DNA of 64,000 nt from Balneola sp. Its GTDB lineage: Bacteria > Bacteroidota > Rhodothermia > Balneolales > Balneolaceae. The stretch lies in NCBI GenBank assembly GCA_028284195.1, contig JANQSE010000011.1:18-64017 (forward strand), written 5' to 3'. This document shows, one piece after another, positions 1 to 10,524 of this stretch. The notes under the pieces are model-generated. The model did not search any database, was not told the origin of the DNA, and saw only the letters and a program-made list of their open reading frames with translations. Position numbers and translations under genes: made by a program. Position 1 is the first letter of the stretch. Each line of letters opens with the position of its first letter.

Positions 1-219
1 CGAATTCATCTTCAACATAAGAATAACACGCATGCTATTCATGTTATCGGGGTTTCATCTTTAAGTGTAATTGTTGTTATTCTTGTAAAAAACAGGAATA
101 ACATGAAGAAAAGTGATTTATTAGAAAAGTACAAACACCGTGTTACCCGAAGATGATTAGTTCACGGTCTGTTCTTATTTTGAGCATCTTGTTTTGAATG
201 TTATGTAGAAACCCGATGG

Positions 220-1164
220 TTACTTTTTTCGGGTAATTTCTTTTCCAATCCGTTCGTATTCATTTTTTATATTTTCGGGCATACCTCTGGCCCCAATCGA
301 CCCTTCAACATCGAACCCATTTGGCCAGAAATAGCCCAGAATACCAATAACCGTTGTATCATTTTTAGCCAATTGATAATAGCTATTTGCAACGTCATCC
401 ATTTCACCTAATTCAATATTTCCAAAATCTCCATGTGCCCAGCTTATGTAATGACTGTCCATAATCACCATAATTTTTTGGGAGGAATCAGACAGTTTTG
501 ATTTCAGTGTTTGCCATTCCTGCCGGAATGTTGGATTGGAATTTGGATCTTTTATAAAATAATGATCGAACCCGATCCAATCGGCTGTTTCAGGAACCTG
601 TAAGTCATTCAATATCGGGTAAGCTTCGATGATCATTACAGGTATTTCGGGAAATTGCGATTTGATCAGAGCTGTAACCGTGCTTAGCTCTGCAAAAGAG
701 ATCCCATTCCAGGTGGGTTCTTCCCCTGCATAAAAAGTTCCTATTCTGTTTTTATCTAGTACCGCCTGGTTAATAGTAACAAATTGGTGCCATCGTTCTT
801 CGTAATCTGTCCGCAGGTTATAATCTGCTCCTGATGGGCTGTTTGTACCAACCAGTTCAAAGAACAACTCATTTAGATGCAAAACAGTTTTCATGTCCAA
901 ATTGTTGAACGCCTGAACTCTCTGGGTTAAGTTATCTGTCGGGCTAACAACTAATATATCAGCGAGGTTGCTAAAATCATGAACTTCGTCAGCGTAATTA
1001 CGTTTTGTTTCCGAATCAGTCGGATCATCCCAGTGTGTATCAATGATGGTAAACCCAAAGTACTTGATATGGGAACCGGAGTTTGTTTGAGGTTCCATTC
1101 CCTCATCTTTATCGCATGCTGCTAAGCAGATCAGAACAGATATGAGTATTGAGATTTTCTTCAT
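220..1164 (-). CDS. Lipoprotein of unknown function, possibly a glycoside-hydrolase-like TIM barrel
   Basis: 314-aa ORF; signal peptide II with lipobox (CLAAC); motifs GTFYAGEEPTWNG and DWIGFDHY are reminiscent of (beta/alpha)8 GH folds. Confidence 0.55.
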   Translation of the reverse strand: MKKISILISVLICLAACDKDEGMEPQTNSGSHIKYFGFTIIDTHWDDPTDSETKRNYADEVHDFSNLADILVVSPTDNLTQRVQAFNNLDMKTVLHLNELFFELVGTNSPSGADYNLRTDYEERWHQFVTINQAVLDKNRIGTFYAGEEPTWNGISFAELSTVTALIKSQFPEIPVMIIEAYPILNDLQVPETADWIGFDHYFIKDPNSNPTFRQEWQTLKSKLSDSSQKIMVIMDSHYISWAHGDFGNIELGEMDDVANSYYQLAKNDTTVIGILGYFWPNGFDVEGSIGARGMPENIKNEYERIGKEITRKK

Positions 1165-1251
1165 TCAATCTACATTTGGTGCTACAACTTTGGTATAAAA
1201 CGCAGGCCATAAGCAGTATCTTACCTAAACTTTCCAACTGTGTTATATTCT

Positions 1252-2154
1252 TTATAGGATACTGATTGCCAATTTAATACCCATTCTAATTTCATGTTTA
1301 TATGTTTTGCTAAAAGTTTCTGATGGGCCAAAGAATGCAGTAACAGGTATTTTTTCTGTATTGAAATTAAATAGTGAGTACTCTTCTTCTTTTCCAATTT
1401 TGAGTGAGCTTAGATTATAACTCTCTACGTAAAGGCTCACCTGGGCAAGCCGGGCATTTCCTATATGCCTTCCGATACTGGAAAACCATCCGGTGAACAG
1501 GTCTATTTCAAATCCATATCCATCAATTTCAATCTCTCCTGCTGTGTCGCTAAATGGGTCGGTGGTACTGGGATTATATGTTATAAAACCAACAGGCCTT
1601 GTTTTTTCCGATCCTGCTATGTAATGGTAAGATCTGTAAACCTTCATCAAAGGAATGTATTTAAACGGAAGCTTGAATGCCGCGCCATAGTAAAAACTCA
1701 GTTTGGTTTTAATATTATTGTTTGTGATATGATTGAACTCATCGGCTGCCAGTTCATATGATTCAAGCAGACCCCTCTCCTCATTGGATAAAAAGGATGG
1801 ATCCTGCATTTGCAGAGTGGAATATTCTATAGGGAACCCGACAAAGTCATCCTTTAGTTGTTGAATGAATCCACTTTGGTAACTTCTGGCTGACATGACA
1901 CCCAGCCCAACATACGGAGAAATAAGTGCTTTTTTTGTGAATGGACGGGCGAGGTTTATACCAACCTCTATAGAACCTCCCAGGCCACCTTTTGTAATGG
2001 TGGTAGGCAAATCAGTATTCATTGCAAAGCTTAGGTTGAACAAGGAAAAGCTTGTGTATTCAGGAAAGAGCCTGTTCGTTATTTTTTTGTTCTCTTGCGC
2101 AGTGGCAACACTTGTGATGAGGATAGAAGTTGATAGACAGATTAGTTTTATCAT
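1252..2154 (-). CDS. Secreted or outer-membrane hypothetical protein
   Basis: 300-aa ORF; N-terminal signal peptide (ATA-QE); alternating beta-strand-like segments and C-terminal IRMGIKLAISIL. Confidence 0.55.
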   Translation of the reverse strand: MIKLICLSTSILITSVATAQENKKITNRLFPEYTSFSLFNLSFAMNTDLPTTITKGGLGGSIEVGINLARPFTKKALISPYVGLGVMSARSYQSGFIQQLKDDFVGFPIEYSTLQMQDPSFLSNEERGLLESYELAADEFNHITNNNIKTKLSFYYGAAFKLPFKYIPLMKVYRSYHYIAGSEKTRPVGFITYNPSTTDPFSDTAGEIEIDGYGFEIDLFTGWFSSIGRHIGNARLAQVSLYVESYNLSSLKIGKEEEYSLFNFNTEKIPVTAFFGPSETFSKTYKHEIRMGIKLAISIL

Positions 2155-2263
2155 TGTTTGCAGGATATTGATTTGTTGACCATTGAATAATAACGAGTAA
2201 ATTCTTCGATAATCAAAACCTCTGATTCTCTTTTCGTTTCTTATTTTAAGTTCAAAAAAATAG

Positions 2264-3064
2264 ATGACTGCTCAAACTCATTGTCCTTTTTGCTCATTAC
2301 CTCGCAGAAGGATCATCCTTACCACTGATGGGATGGACCTGGTAAAATGCAGGGGGTGTGGCCTCATTTATCTGAAAGATGTTCCTGATGAACGTGTGCT
2401 GTATGAAGATTATCACGAATGTACAGGCTTTGATCCCGGGGATTATTCTGTAAACAGTGTTCATCCAAATCTTAAAGCCCTGTGGCATATCAATCAACAA
2501 AGAATAGAAGTGATTACAAGGCATAGGAACAGTGGTGCTTTGTTAGATATGGGATGCGGTTCGGGAGCGTTCATGCTCACCGCCAAAAAGGCTGGGTTCG
2601 ATGTTTTTGGAATAGATGTTTCTGAAAAAGCAGCCCGGTTTGCCAGAGAAGAATTAAACCTGAATGTTACTTCAAAAAACATAAATGAGCTTACCGGGCA
2701 GTTTAATGTAATTACGCTTTGGCATGTATTGGAGCATTTTCTTAACCCGGTTGCAGAGCTTGTAAAGATTCATAATAAACTTTGCACAGATGGAGTTTTG
2801 ATTGGGGAAGTGCCGAACTGGAATAGTATTAAGTTCCAGCTAAGCGGCAAAAAATGGAAGGGTGGGAATCATCCTTTGTATCACCGGTCTTTCTTTTCGT
2901 CGCAAACGCTCCGAAAAACAATTTTGAAAGCGGGGTTTTCAAAATGTAAGCTCATCCATTTGCCGTACACGTCTTCCGGAAAGAAAGGCCCTTACCATTT
3001 TCTCAAAAAGGCATTCAACTCCATTCATAGAGACGCTTTTTTAGCTTTTGCCGCTTGGAAGTAA
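2264..3064 (+). CDS. Class I SAM-dependent methyltransferase with N-terminal zinc ribbon
   Basis: CPFC...CRGC at N-terminus; SAM motif LLDMGCGSG; VITLWHVLEH; GEVPN. Confidence 0.9.
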   Translation: MTAQTHCPFCSLPRRRIILTTDGMDLVKCRGCGLIYLKDVPDERVLYEDYHECTGFDPGDYSVNSVHPNLKALWHINQQRIEVITRHRNSGALLDMGCGSGAFMLTAKKAGFDVFGIDVSEKAARFAREELNLNVTSKNINELTGQFNVITLWHVLEHFLNPVAELVKIHNKLCTDGVLIGEVPNWNSIKFQLSGKKWKGGNHPLYHRSFFSSQTLRKTILKAGFSKCKLIHLPYTSSGKKGPYHFLKKAFNSIHRDAFLAFAAWK

Positions 3065-3165
3065 GTGGACTATCGATACTGATGAGCTCCTATATTTTAT
3101 CAGGGCGGCCTTTGCAAGCACATTGATGAATTTTAGGAACAGGTTTTAAGAGAATGTTTTGGAGG

Positions 3166-3205
3166 CAACCAAATAGTCCAACTAAATGGTTGAACTATTT
3201 GGTTG
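3166..3205. promoter_or_regulatory. Probable TetR operator (long inverted repeat) upstream of the efflux operon
   Basis: CAACCAAATAGTCCAAC-N6-GTTGAACTATTTGGTTG; 17-bp arms with 1 mismatch, 35 bp upstream of the TetR ATG. Confidence 0.7.
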
Positions 3206-3240
3206 AAATTTATATTATGGCATCGCATTAACAAAACAGT

Positions 3241-3846
3241 ATGCCCACAGAAAAAGAAACAGAGCAAAAAATCTTCGATGCAGCACAAAAGGTATTTCAA
3301 AGAAGTGGCTTTAAAGGTGCCAGAATGCAGGAAATAGCTGATGAGGCAGGAATTAATAAATCTATGCTGCATTATTACTACCGAAATAAGGACACTCTTT
3401 TTTCTACGGTGTTTCAGTCGGCGGCTAAAAAAATAATGCCCAGAGTTTTCGGTATTCTTGCTTCTGAAAGTTCTCTGAGAGAGAAGGTAGTACAGGTTGT
3501 GGAGTTTTATCACAATGCGTTCCGGGAAAACCCGGAGCTGCCTTCGTTTGTGATCTACGAGATGAATCACCACCCGCAGCAATTCAAAGATTTTATAGGA
3601 TCAATGGAAATGCATTTGCCGGAAACTTTTATAGAGCAGGTTGAAGAAGCGGTAGAATCTGAAGAGTTAAGAACCATCACTCCGGATCAATTTCTGATGA
3701 ATGTAGTGAGCTTGTGCATGATGCCTATGCTTGCCAGAAATATGGTGCAGGCTCTGTTTCATCTTACCGACGAAGAATACTTTTCTTTTTTAGATGAAAG
3801 AAGGCAATTGATCCCAAATCTCATTTTTAACGGATTGGCATTATGA
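3241..3846 (+). CDS. TetR/AcrR family transcriptional regulator
   Basis: HTH KIFDAAQKVFQRSGFKGARMQEIADEAGINKSMLHYYYRNKDTLF. Confidence 0.95.
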   Translation: MPTEKETEQKIFDAAQKVFQRSGFKGARMQEIADEAGINKSMLHYYYRNKDTLFSTVFQSAAKKIMPRVFGILASESSLREKVVQVVEFYHNAFRENPELPSFVIYEMNHHPQQFKDFIGSMEMHLPETFIEQVEEAVESEELRTITPDQFLMNVVSLCMMPMLARNMVQALFHLTDEEYFSFLDERRQLIPNLIFNGLAL

Positions 3847-5120
3847 AAGAAATCACGTTTATAGTTTTATCCATGTTCTTTGTTCAGCAATCTGCTGCTC
3901 AGCAGACAAATGAGTTTTCGTTAAACGAAGCTTACCAACTCATTAAAACAAAATATCCTACCGTTGAAAAGATCGATATTCAAAGAAAAATAGCTGATTT
4001 CAATATGGGTATTTATCAATCCGGTTTATATCCCGATGTTTCCATGAGCGCAAGTGCGAGTTATCAGTCGGATGTTACCGAAGTTCCATTTGCGGCTCCC
4101 GGTACTGCTGCTCCAACATTTAGTAAAGATCATTACAATGTATCTATTGATGTTTCTCAGCCATTGTTTGATGGCGGCAAAGTTAACGCCCTGAAAAGTA
4201 TTGAAAGAAGCAAAGAGCTGGCAGAAATAGCTAATGTTGGCGTGGAACTGCAAAAAATAAGAGCTCAGGTAGATCAGCTCTTTTTTGGAATTCAACTGCT
4301 GAAAAAGAAAAGATCTTCCCTTGAATTACTTACACAGGATATAGAGAATCAATTAAAACTGGTGAAATCCAGAGTAGCTAACGGGGCATTACTGCCGGGC
4401 AATGAGCTTGCGTTAAAAGCGGAATTACTTAAAGTAAAGCAGCAACAGCTTGAAACGAACAGGTCTGTATCATCGGGCTACAGAATACTTGGCGAAATAA
4501 CAGGTAAAGACCTGAGTTCGGAACCCGAATTAATAGTTAAAGAAATACTCACTGTTAATGGCACCGGGGAATCAGAAAGAGCAGAGTACGAACTGCTGAA
4601 TAGCAGAAAGGAAATGCTCGAAAACCAAAAAAAGCTGTATAAAACGAACAAGCTCCCTGTGCTGTCAGCCTTTGCAAAAACGGCGTACAGCCGCCCGGGT
4701 TTAAACGCATTTGATGATGATTTACAACTTTTCTGGGTTGTTGGGTTAAGTGCCCGCTGGAATTTCAGGAGTTGGAGAAACTCCGGTAAACAGATAGAAA
4801 TTTTGAACCTTCAACAAAATAACCTGAGTGCAGAGAAAGATGCTTTTACCCGGCAGTTAAACTCCTTACTTATAGAAGCCGAAAACAGAATTGAGGTTCT
4901 CAAAGAACAGATAGCGTTAGATAAGCAGGTGTTGGAACTGCGGGAAAAGGTTGTTTTGGAGCAGAAAAAGCTGCTTGATGGAGGTGTTATCACATCAACA
5001 GAGTGGTTGATTGAGTTAAATGAAGAACATCGCGCCCGGCTCAATCTGGAAATTCATCAGGTACAGCTAATACAGGCGTACATCGAATATCAAACAAAAA
5101 AAGGAATGTCATGGAATTAA
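3843..5120 (+). CDS. TolC family outer-membrane efflux protein
   Basis: Signal peptide; YPDVSMSASASYQ, VSQPLFDGG and helical repeats; overlaps the TetR stop. Confidence 0.9.
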   Translation: MKEITFIVLSMFFVQQSAAQQTNEFSLNEAYQLIKTKYPTVEKIDIQRKIADFNMGIYQSGLYPDVSMSASASYQSDVTEVPFAAPGTAAPTFSKDHYNVSIDVSQPLFDGGKVNALKSIERSKELAEIANVGVELQKIRAQVDQLFFGIQLLKKKRSSLELLTQDIENQLKLVKSRVANGALLPGNELALKAELLKVKQQQLETNRSVSSGYRILGEITGKDLSSEPELIVKEILTVNGTGESERAEYELLNSRKEMLENQKKLYKTNKLPVLSAFAKTAYSRPGLNAFDDDLQLFWVVGLSARWNFRSWRNSGKQIEILNLQQNNLSAEKDAFTRQLNSLLIEAENRIEVLKEQIALDKQVLELREKVVLEQKKLLDGGVITSTEWLIELNEEHRARLNLEIHQVQLIQAYIEYQTKKGMSWN

Positions 5121-5998
5121 AGATCAACACGATTATTCTGTTAATGGTTATGGTTTTTGCATCTTGCTCGAAAGATGAAAAGTCGGATGCGTATGGCCAA
5201 TTTGAAGCAGGTAAGATTACAATTTCTTCAGAGGTTACAGGAAAGCTGCTTTGGTTACATATTGATGAAGGCGATAATCTGGAATCGAATTCGCAGGTAG
5301 GGCTGGTTGATACAGCCCAGTTGTTTTTAAAGAAAGGGGAACTCAAATCAGCGGTTAAAGCCATTCAAACCAGAATTACCAGTCTTAACGCTCAGGCCGA
5401 AGTGTACAAAGCCCAGCTTGTAACTGCCAAAAAAGAACTGAACAGACTTAAAGCCCTGAAAGCGGAAAGTGCAGCTACCGATCAGCAGCTAGATGCCAAA
5501 ATGGGACAGGTCAATACCCTGGAAAAACAGGTTGCTTCGGTTCAGGCCCAAAAAGAATCGGTGTATGCGGAGGTTGAAACAAACAAAATCCGGATCGCTC
5601 AGATTGATGACCAGATAAAGAGAACAAAAGTGATAAATCCTGTTAATGGGGTTGTGCTCAACGTTTTTTCTGAGGCAAATGAATTGGTTATGCAGGGACA
5701 GCCGCTGTATGAAATTGCAGATCTGAATGAGATGACCCTTAAAGTGTATGTATCCGGTGCTCAGTTACCATCGGTAAAATTAGATCAGCCTGTAGAAGTT
5801 CTGATAGACAGCGATGAAAACTCTAATGAAAGTATGAAAGGCAAAGTAAGTTGGATTTCGTCAGAGGCGGAATTCACACCGCGAATGATTCAGACAAAAG
5901 AGGAGAGGGTTACCCAGGTTTATGCAGTAGAAGTAAAGGTGATTAATAGTGACGGAAGAATAAAGATCGGAATGCCCGGAGAAGTAAACTTTAAATAA
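5111..5998 (+). CDS. HlyD family efflux periplasmic adaptor (YbhG-like)
   Basis: Lipobox FASC; SDAYGQFEA; coiled coil; WISSEAEFTPRMIQTKEERVTQVYAV. Confidence 0.93.
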   Translation: MELKINTIILLMVMVFASCSKDEKSDAYGQFEAGKITISSEVTGKLLWLHIDEGDNLESNSQVGLVDTAQLFLKKGELKSAVKAIQTRITSLNAQAEVYKAQLVTAKKELNRLKALKAESAATDQQLDAKMGQVNTLEKQVASVQAQKESVYAEVETNKIRIAQIDDQIKRTKVINPVNGVVLNVFSEANELVMQGQPLYEIADLNEMTLKVYVSGAQLPSVKLDQPVEVLIDSDENSNESMKGKVSWISSEAEFTPRMIQTKEERVTQVYAVEVKVINSDGRIKIGMPGEVNFK

Positions 5999-6002
5999 CC
6001 CT

Positions 6003-6926
6003 ATGCCTGCTGTTGAAGTATATAGTATTCACAAATCCTTTAAAAAAGTGCAGGCTTTACGGGATGTAAGTTTTTTTGTAAAACAGGGAGAACTTTACGG
6101 ATTTATTGGCCCCGATGGAGCCGGAAAAACCACGCTTTTCAGAATATTGAACACCCTATTGGTTCCCAATAAAGGTAACGCTGTTGTGCTTGGGCTGGAT
6201 GTTGTAAAAGACTACAAGCAAATCAGGCCGAAACTGGGCTACATGCCGGGAAGGTTCTCTCTCTATCATGATTTAAGCGTGCAGGAAAACCTGGAATTTT
6301 TTGCGTCGGTGTTTGGGGCAAGTATATCAGAGAATTACGAATTGGTAGCTCCGATTTACAGCCAGCTCGAGCCTTTTAAAAACAGATATGCCGGTAAATT
6401 ATCCGGCGGGATGAAGCAGAAGCTTGCACTGAGCTGTGCTTTAATACATAAACCTGAACTTTTGTTGTTAGATGAGCCAACCACCGGGGTTGATGCAGTT
6501 TCAAGAAAAGAGTTTTGGGAAATGCTGGGTAAACTGAAACAGAAAGGAATTACGATCATTGTTTCGACTCCTTATATGGATGAAGCAAAATTGTGTGACC
6601 GGGTAGCACTTATCCAGGATGGAAGCATTATGCAGATCGATACACCGGCGAATGTTGTAAAATCCTACGATCGTAAAATTCTTGGTATAAAATCGAGCCA
6701 AACGTATAGATTGTTAAAAGTACTGAAGCAGTACGAATGGATGCATTCAGTGCATCCTTTTGGGGAGTACATTCATTTTACGGAAAAAAGAGAGCAGCCT
6801 GATGTACAGGCCCTCCAATCATTTCTTGTTAACCAGGGAATCGGGGATGTAATCATCAAAGAGATAGAACCAAATATTGAAGACAGTTTTATGGCTTTGA
6901 TGAAGGAAGAGGCTGCTCATGAATGA
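6003..6926 (+). CDS. ABC transporter ATP-binding protein
   Basis: Walker A GPDGAGKTT; signature LSGGMKQK; Walker B LLLLDEPT. Confidence 0.95.
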   Translation: MPAVEVYSIHKSFKKVQALRDVSFFVKQGELYGFIGPDGAGKTTLFRILNTLLVPNKGNAVVLGLDVVKDYKQIRPKLGYMPGRFSLYHDLSVQENLEFFASVFGASISENYELVAPIYSQLEPFKNRYAGKLSGGMKQKLALSCALIHKPELLLLDEPTTGVDAVSRKEFWEMLGKLKQKGITIIVSTPYMDEAKLCDRVALIQDGSIMQIDTPANVVKSYDRKILGIKSSQTYRLLKVLKQYEWMHSVHPFGEYIHFTEKREQPDVQALQSFLVNQGIGDVIIKEIEPNIEDSFMALMKEEAAHE

Positions 6927-7662
6927 TTTCGCCATCGAAGCTAAAAATTTAACAAAAACATTTGGTGCATTTACTGCGGTCGATAGCATCAGTTTTGAAG
7001 TTAGCAAGGGCGAGATTTTTGGATTTCTGGGTGCTAATGGTGCCGGAAAAACCACAGCAATGAAAATGCTAACGGGATTATTGGCTCCAAGCTCCGGCAA
7101 AGCTTTTGTAAACGGTTTTGATGTTTATACCGAATCCGAGCAGATCAAAAAAAGCATCGGGTATATGAGTCAGAAGTTTTCGCTGTATAACGATTTAACC
7201 GTTGCCGAGAATATTGAGTTTTATGGCGGGGTGTATGGTTTGTCCTCAAAAATGTTAAGCAAAAAAACCGAGGAACTTTTACGGTCGGTAAATTTCACGG
7301 AGCTTAAAGATTCGCTTGCAGGGTCGCTGCCTTTAGGATGGAAACAAAAGCTGGCGTTTTCAATTTCTGTTCTTCATAACCCTCAACTGGTTTTTCTTGA
7401 TGAACCCACAGGGGGGGTGGATCCGGTAACCCGCCGGCAGTTTTGGGAACAGATCTACGAAGCCTCAGATCGGGGTATTACCGTGTTTGTAACCACACAT
7501 TATATGGACGAAGCGGAATACTGTGATCGTGTTTCAATTATGGTAGATGGAAAAATTGAAGTTCTTGATAATCCGGAAAATCTAAAGAGATCATTTAGTG
7601 CCAATTCTGTTGAAGATGTATTTATAGCTTTAGCAAGAGGGGCTAAAAGGGGGGATTCATGA
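6919..7662 (+). CDS. ABC transporter ATP-binding protein (second NBD, split YbhF-like)
   Basis: GANGAGKTT; degenerate signature LPLGWKQK; VFLDEPT; TTHYMDEAE. Confidence 0.95.
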   Translation: MNDFAIEAKNLTKTFGAFTAVDSISFEVSKGEIFGFLGANGAGKTTAMKMLTGLLAPSSGKAFVNGFDVYTESEQIKKSIGYMSQKFSLYNDLTVAENIEFYGGVYGLSSKMLSKKTEELLRSVNFTELKDSLAGSLPLGWKQKLAFSISVLHNPQLVFLDEPTGGVDPVTRRQFWEQIYEASDRGITVFVTTHYMDEAEYCDRVSIMVDGKIEVLDNPENLKRSFSANSVEDVFIALARGAKRGDS

Positions 7663-8768
7663 GCTCGTTCCGGGGATTTATAGTGAAAGAATTCAAGCAG
7701 ATCTACCGGGATACCAGAACTCTTGTGGTCTTATTCGGGATGCCCATAATCATGCTTGTTTTGTTTGGTTTTGCAATTAGGAATGAGGTTGATAATGTAA
7801 AAATTGCAGTTTTGGATTTGTCAAAAGATGAAGTTACCCGCGAGATTATTGGCAAAATTTCAGCATCTCCATCCTTCGAGCTTAACGGGTATTTGAATAC
7901 ATACGATGAAGTTAGAGATGTTTTTAAGGCAGGGGAGATCAAGGAGATCGTGGTATTTGGGCCAGGCTTCGGGAAAAAACTTACCCGCAATGGAACCGCT
8001 GATGTGCAAATTATTACCGATGCCACAAACCCTAATCTTGCTAACCTTGTACAGGCTTATACATCAAATATCCTGAGAGATTATATCTCTGAAAAAGCAA
8101 ATCAGTTACAAATCAGCCGGCTGGGCATTGCTCCGGAAGTACGAATGATTTACAATCCGGCACTCAAAAGCGTAAATCTTTTTGTACCGGGTATTATTGC
8201 GGTAATTCTGATGTTGGTTTCAGCTTTAATGACTTCAATTTCTATTACCAGAGAAAAAGAAATGGGCAATATGGAGATACTCTTGGTTTCTCCGCTTAAA
8301 CCAATTCATATTATTCTTGGCAAGGTGCTGCCTTATCTGGTTCTGTCGATTGTGAATGTGTTGGTAATTCTTATTCTGGCACGATTTATTTTTGATGTTC
8401 CATTCAAAGGTTCGTATCTGTTTTTTTTGCTGGAAGCCGGGCTTTTTATAATGACGGCTCTTTCTTTGGGGGTACTTATTTCTTCGAGTGCTAACAACCA
8501 GCAAACCGCAATGATGATTTCGTTAGCCGGGCTGTTGCTGCCAACGGTATTACTTTCCGGGTTTATTTTCCCGGTTGGCAGTATGCCGGTTGCCCTTCAA
8601 TTCATCAGTCATGTGGTTCCCGCTAAATGGTTTTTAATTATTGTTCGCGACATCATGCTGAAGGGAAGCGATATTTTTTTGCTATGGAAAGAGACACTCA
8701 TTTTAATGGCAACTACGATGGTTTTAATTGCTGCCAGTTTGAAAAAGTTTAAAGTAAGGCTGCAATGA
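7659..8768 (+). CDS. ABC-2 type permease (YbhS-like)
   Basis: KEFKQIYRD; YNPALKS; SITREKEMGNME; multiple TM segments. Confidence 0.93.
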   Translation: MSSFRGFIVKEFKQIYRDTRTLVVLFGMPIIMLVLFGFAIRNEVDNVKIAVLDLSKDEVTREIIGKISASPSFELNGYLNTYDEVRDVFKAGEIKEIVVFGPGFGKKLTRNGTADVQIITDATNPNLANLVQAYTSNILRDYISEKANQLQISRLGIAPEVRMIYNPALKSVNLFVPGIIAVILMLVSALMTSISITREKEMGNMEILLVSPLKPIHIILGKVLPYLVLSIVNVLVILILARFIFDVPFKGSYLFFLLEAGLFIMTALSLGVLISSSANNQQTAMMISLAGLLLPTVLLSGFIFPVGSMPVALQFISHVVPAKWFLIIVRDIMLKGSDIFLLWKETLILMATTMVLIAASLKKFKVRLQ

Positions 8769-9886
8769 AAACACTCCGTTTTATTCTTAAAAAAGAGTTT
8801 CTTCAGATTTTTCGAAATAAAGGAATGCTGCCCATTATTTTTGTGATGCCGGTAATTCAGCTGTTAGTTCTCTCTTTTGCGGCTACGTACGAGCTTAAAC
8901 AAGTACGGTTCGGGTTGGTAGATTTTGACCAGTCAATGGCATCTCGCGAGCTGGTATCCAGGCTTCAATCCGGTGGATATTTTAAGCTAGAGAGTGCATT
9001 CTTTTCAATAGAAAAAGCAAAAAAGGAACTGGATAACGGCTCTGTAAAAATGATTCTCCAGATTCCCTCCGGTTTGGACAAAAAACTGAATGAAGGGAAT
9101 AGTGCTCAGGTTCAAATTTTGATTGACGCCGTAGATGGAAGTACCGCAGGGCTGATCCAATCCTACATGGCATCCATTATTTCGGATTATAACCAGGAAC
9201 AACAGGCTGGGATATTTATTCGCTCTAGTGCAAGGCAGCAGATGGCATCCATCAATATCATTCCATCAAACTGGTATAACCCCGATTTGGATTACATCAC
9301 GTATATGGTACCCGGAATAATTGTAATACTTGTTTCTATGATCGGGCTGTTTCTTTCCGGTATGAATGTGGTAAGAGAATACGAGATCGGCACCATAGAG
9401 CAATTAAACGTTACTCCGATCAGGAAATCAGAATTTATGATCGGTAAACTTCTCCCATTCTGGATAATAGGAATGTTCGATTTGTGTATCGGACTTGCTT
9501 TAGCTCGTTTCGGGTTTCACATTCCTTTTTTGGGAAGTTTGGTTACTATTTTAATAATAGCCGGAATTTATCTTATTGTTGTACAGGGTTTGGGGTTATT
9601 TATTTCCACAATTACGCATACCCAACAACAGGCAATGTTTATCGCCTGGTTTATAATGGTTGTTTTTGTTTTGATGGGTGGTCTGTTTACACCCATCGAG
9701 AGTATGCCGGAATGGGCCCAGCAATTAACCATGATAAATCCGGTAGCCTATTTCATAGAAATTATGAGAATGGTTTTGCTAAAAGGCGCGGGCTGGATGG
9801 AGGTGTACAAAGCAGTTCTGGTTTTATTGGCAATGGGTTTTGGATTGATGGTTCTTTCAATCAACAGATATAAAAAAACATCCTGA
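8765..9886 (+). CDS. ABC-2 type permease (YbhR-like)
   Basis: KKEFLQIFRNK; WYNPDLD; REYEIGTIEQLNVTP; GGLFTPIESMP. Confidence 0.93.
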   Translation: MKTLRFILKKEFLQIFRNKGMLPIIFVMPVIQLLVLSFAATYELKQVRFGLVDFDQSMASRELVSRLQSGGYFKLESAFFSIEKAKKELDNGSVKMILQIPSGLDKKLNEGNSAQVQILIDAVDGSTAGLIQSYMASIISDYNQEQQAGIFIRSSARQQMASINIIPSNWYNPDLDYITYMVPGIIVILVSMIGLFLSGMNVVREYEIGTIEQLNVTPIRKSEFMIGKLLPFWIIGMFDLCIGLALARFGFHIPFLGSLVTILIIAGIYLIVVQGLGLFISTITHTQQQAMFIAWFIMVVFVLMGGLFTPIESMPEWAQQLTMINPVAYFIEIMRMVLLKGAGWMEVYKAVLVLLAMGFGLMVLSINRYKKTS

Positions 9887-9922
9887 TATTGGGGAAGTAG
9901 TTCCGGGGTTTAAATTTTTTAT

Positions 9923-9950
9923 GAACCTGTCTGTATTTGGTACGACTATA
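9923..9950 (+). promoter_or_regulatory. Putative ECF-type autoregulatory promoter
   Basis: GAACC, with 16 nt from the AAC core to CGACTATA, immediately upstream of the ECF sigma gene; resembles ECF -35/-10 architecture. Confidence 0.4.
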
Positions 9951-9958
9951 ACCATGAG

Positions 9959-10516
9959 ATGAATGCGATCACAAACCATAGGGTGTATGAGGTACTGGCA
10001 CGGAAAAGCCAATCCGGAGACAGCAAAGCTCTGGAGGAGTTGATTCTTACATTTAATCCGGTTCTAAGTTCAAAAATCTTTTATCACACCAGAGATAAAG
10101 ATTCTTTAAAAGATCTATGCCAGGAATGCTGGTACGCAATTATTGATAACATACAGACAGTGAAGTTCCAGGTTGGATTTGAGGCCTGGGCATTAAACAT
10201 CGCCAGAAATAAAGCCATCGATTGGATACGGCTTCAGCAGAAAAACCGGGAACGGGAGAGGACGGCTGCTGATATCGAAGAATCTGTTGATGTTGAAACA
10301 CCTGAGCTTTCGAAGCAGAAACAAATACGGCAGCTTCGAATATCCATAGCTTTGCTGCCCGATGCTCAAAGAATTGTGCTGGATCTTTTTTATAAAGAAA
10401 ACTTATCAATTAATGAGATTGCCGAAGTGCTAAACATTTCGGCTGGCACTGTTAAGTCAAGGTTGTTTCATGCCCGTGAACATCTCAAAGAAATTATTAG
10501 CAAACCAAAACAATGA
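9959..10516 (+). CDS. ECF RNA polymerase sigma-70 factor
   Basis: Region 2 (DLCQECWYAI...WALNIARNKAID) and region 4 (EIAEVLNISAGTVKSRLFHAR). Confidence 0.93.
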   Translation: MNAITNHRVYEVLARKSQSGDSKALEELILTFNPVLSSKIFYHTRDKDSLKDLCQECWYAIIDNIQTVKFQVGFEAWALNIARNKAIDWIRLQQKNRERERTAADIEESVDVETPELSKQKQIRQLRISIALLPDAQRIVLDLFYKENLSINEIAEVLNISAGTVKSRLFHAREHLKEIISKPKQ

Positions 10517-10524
10517 GGTGAATT

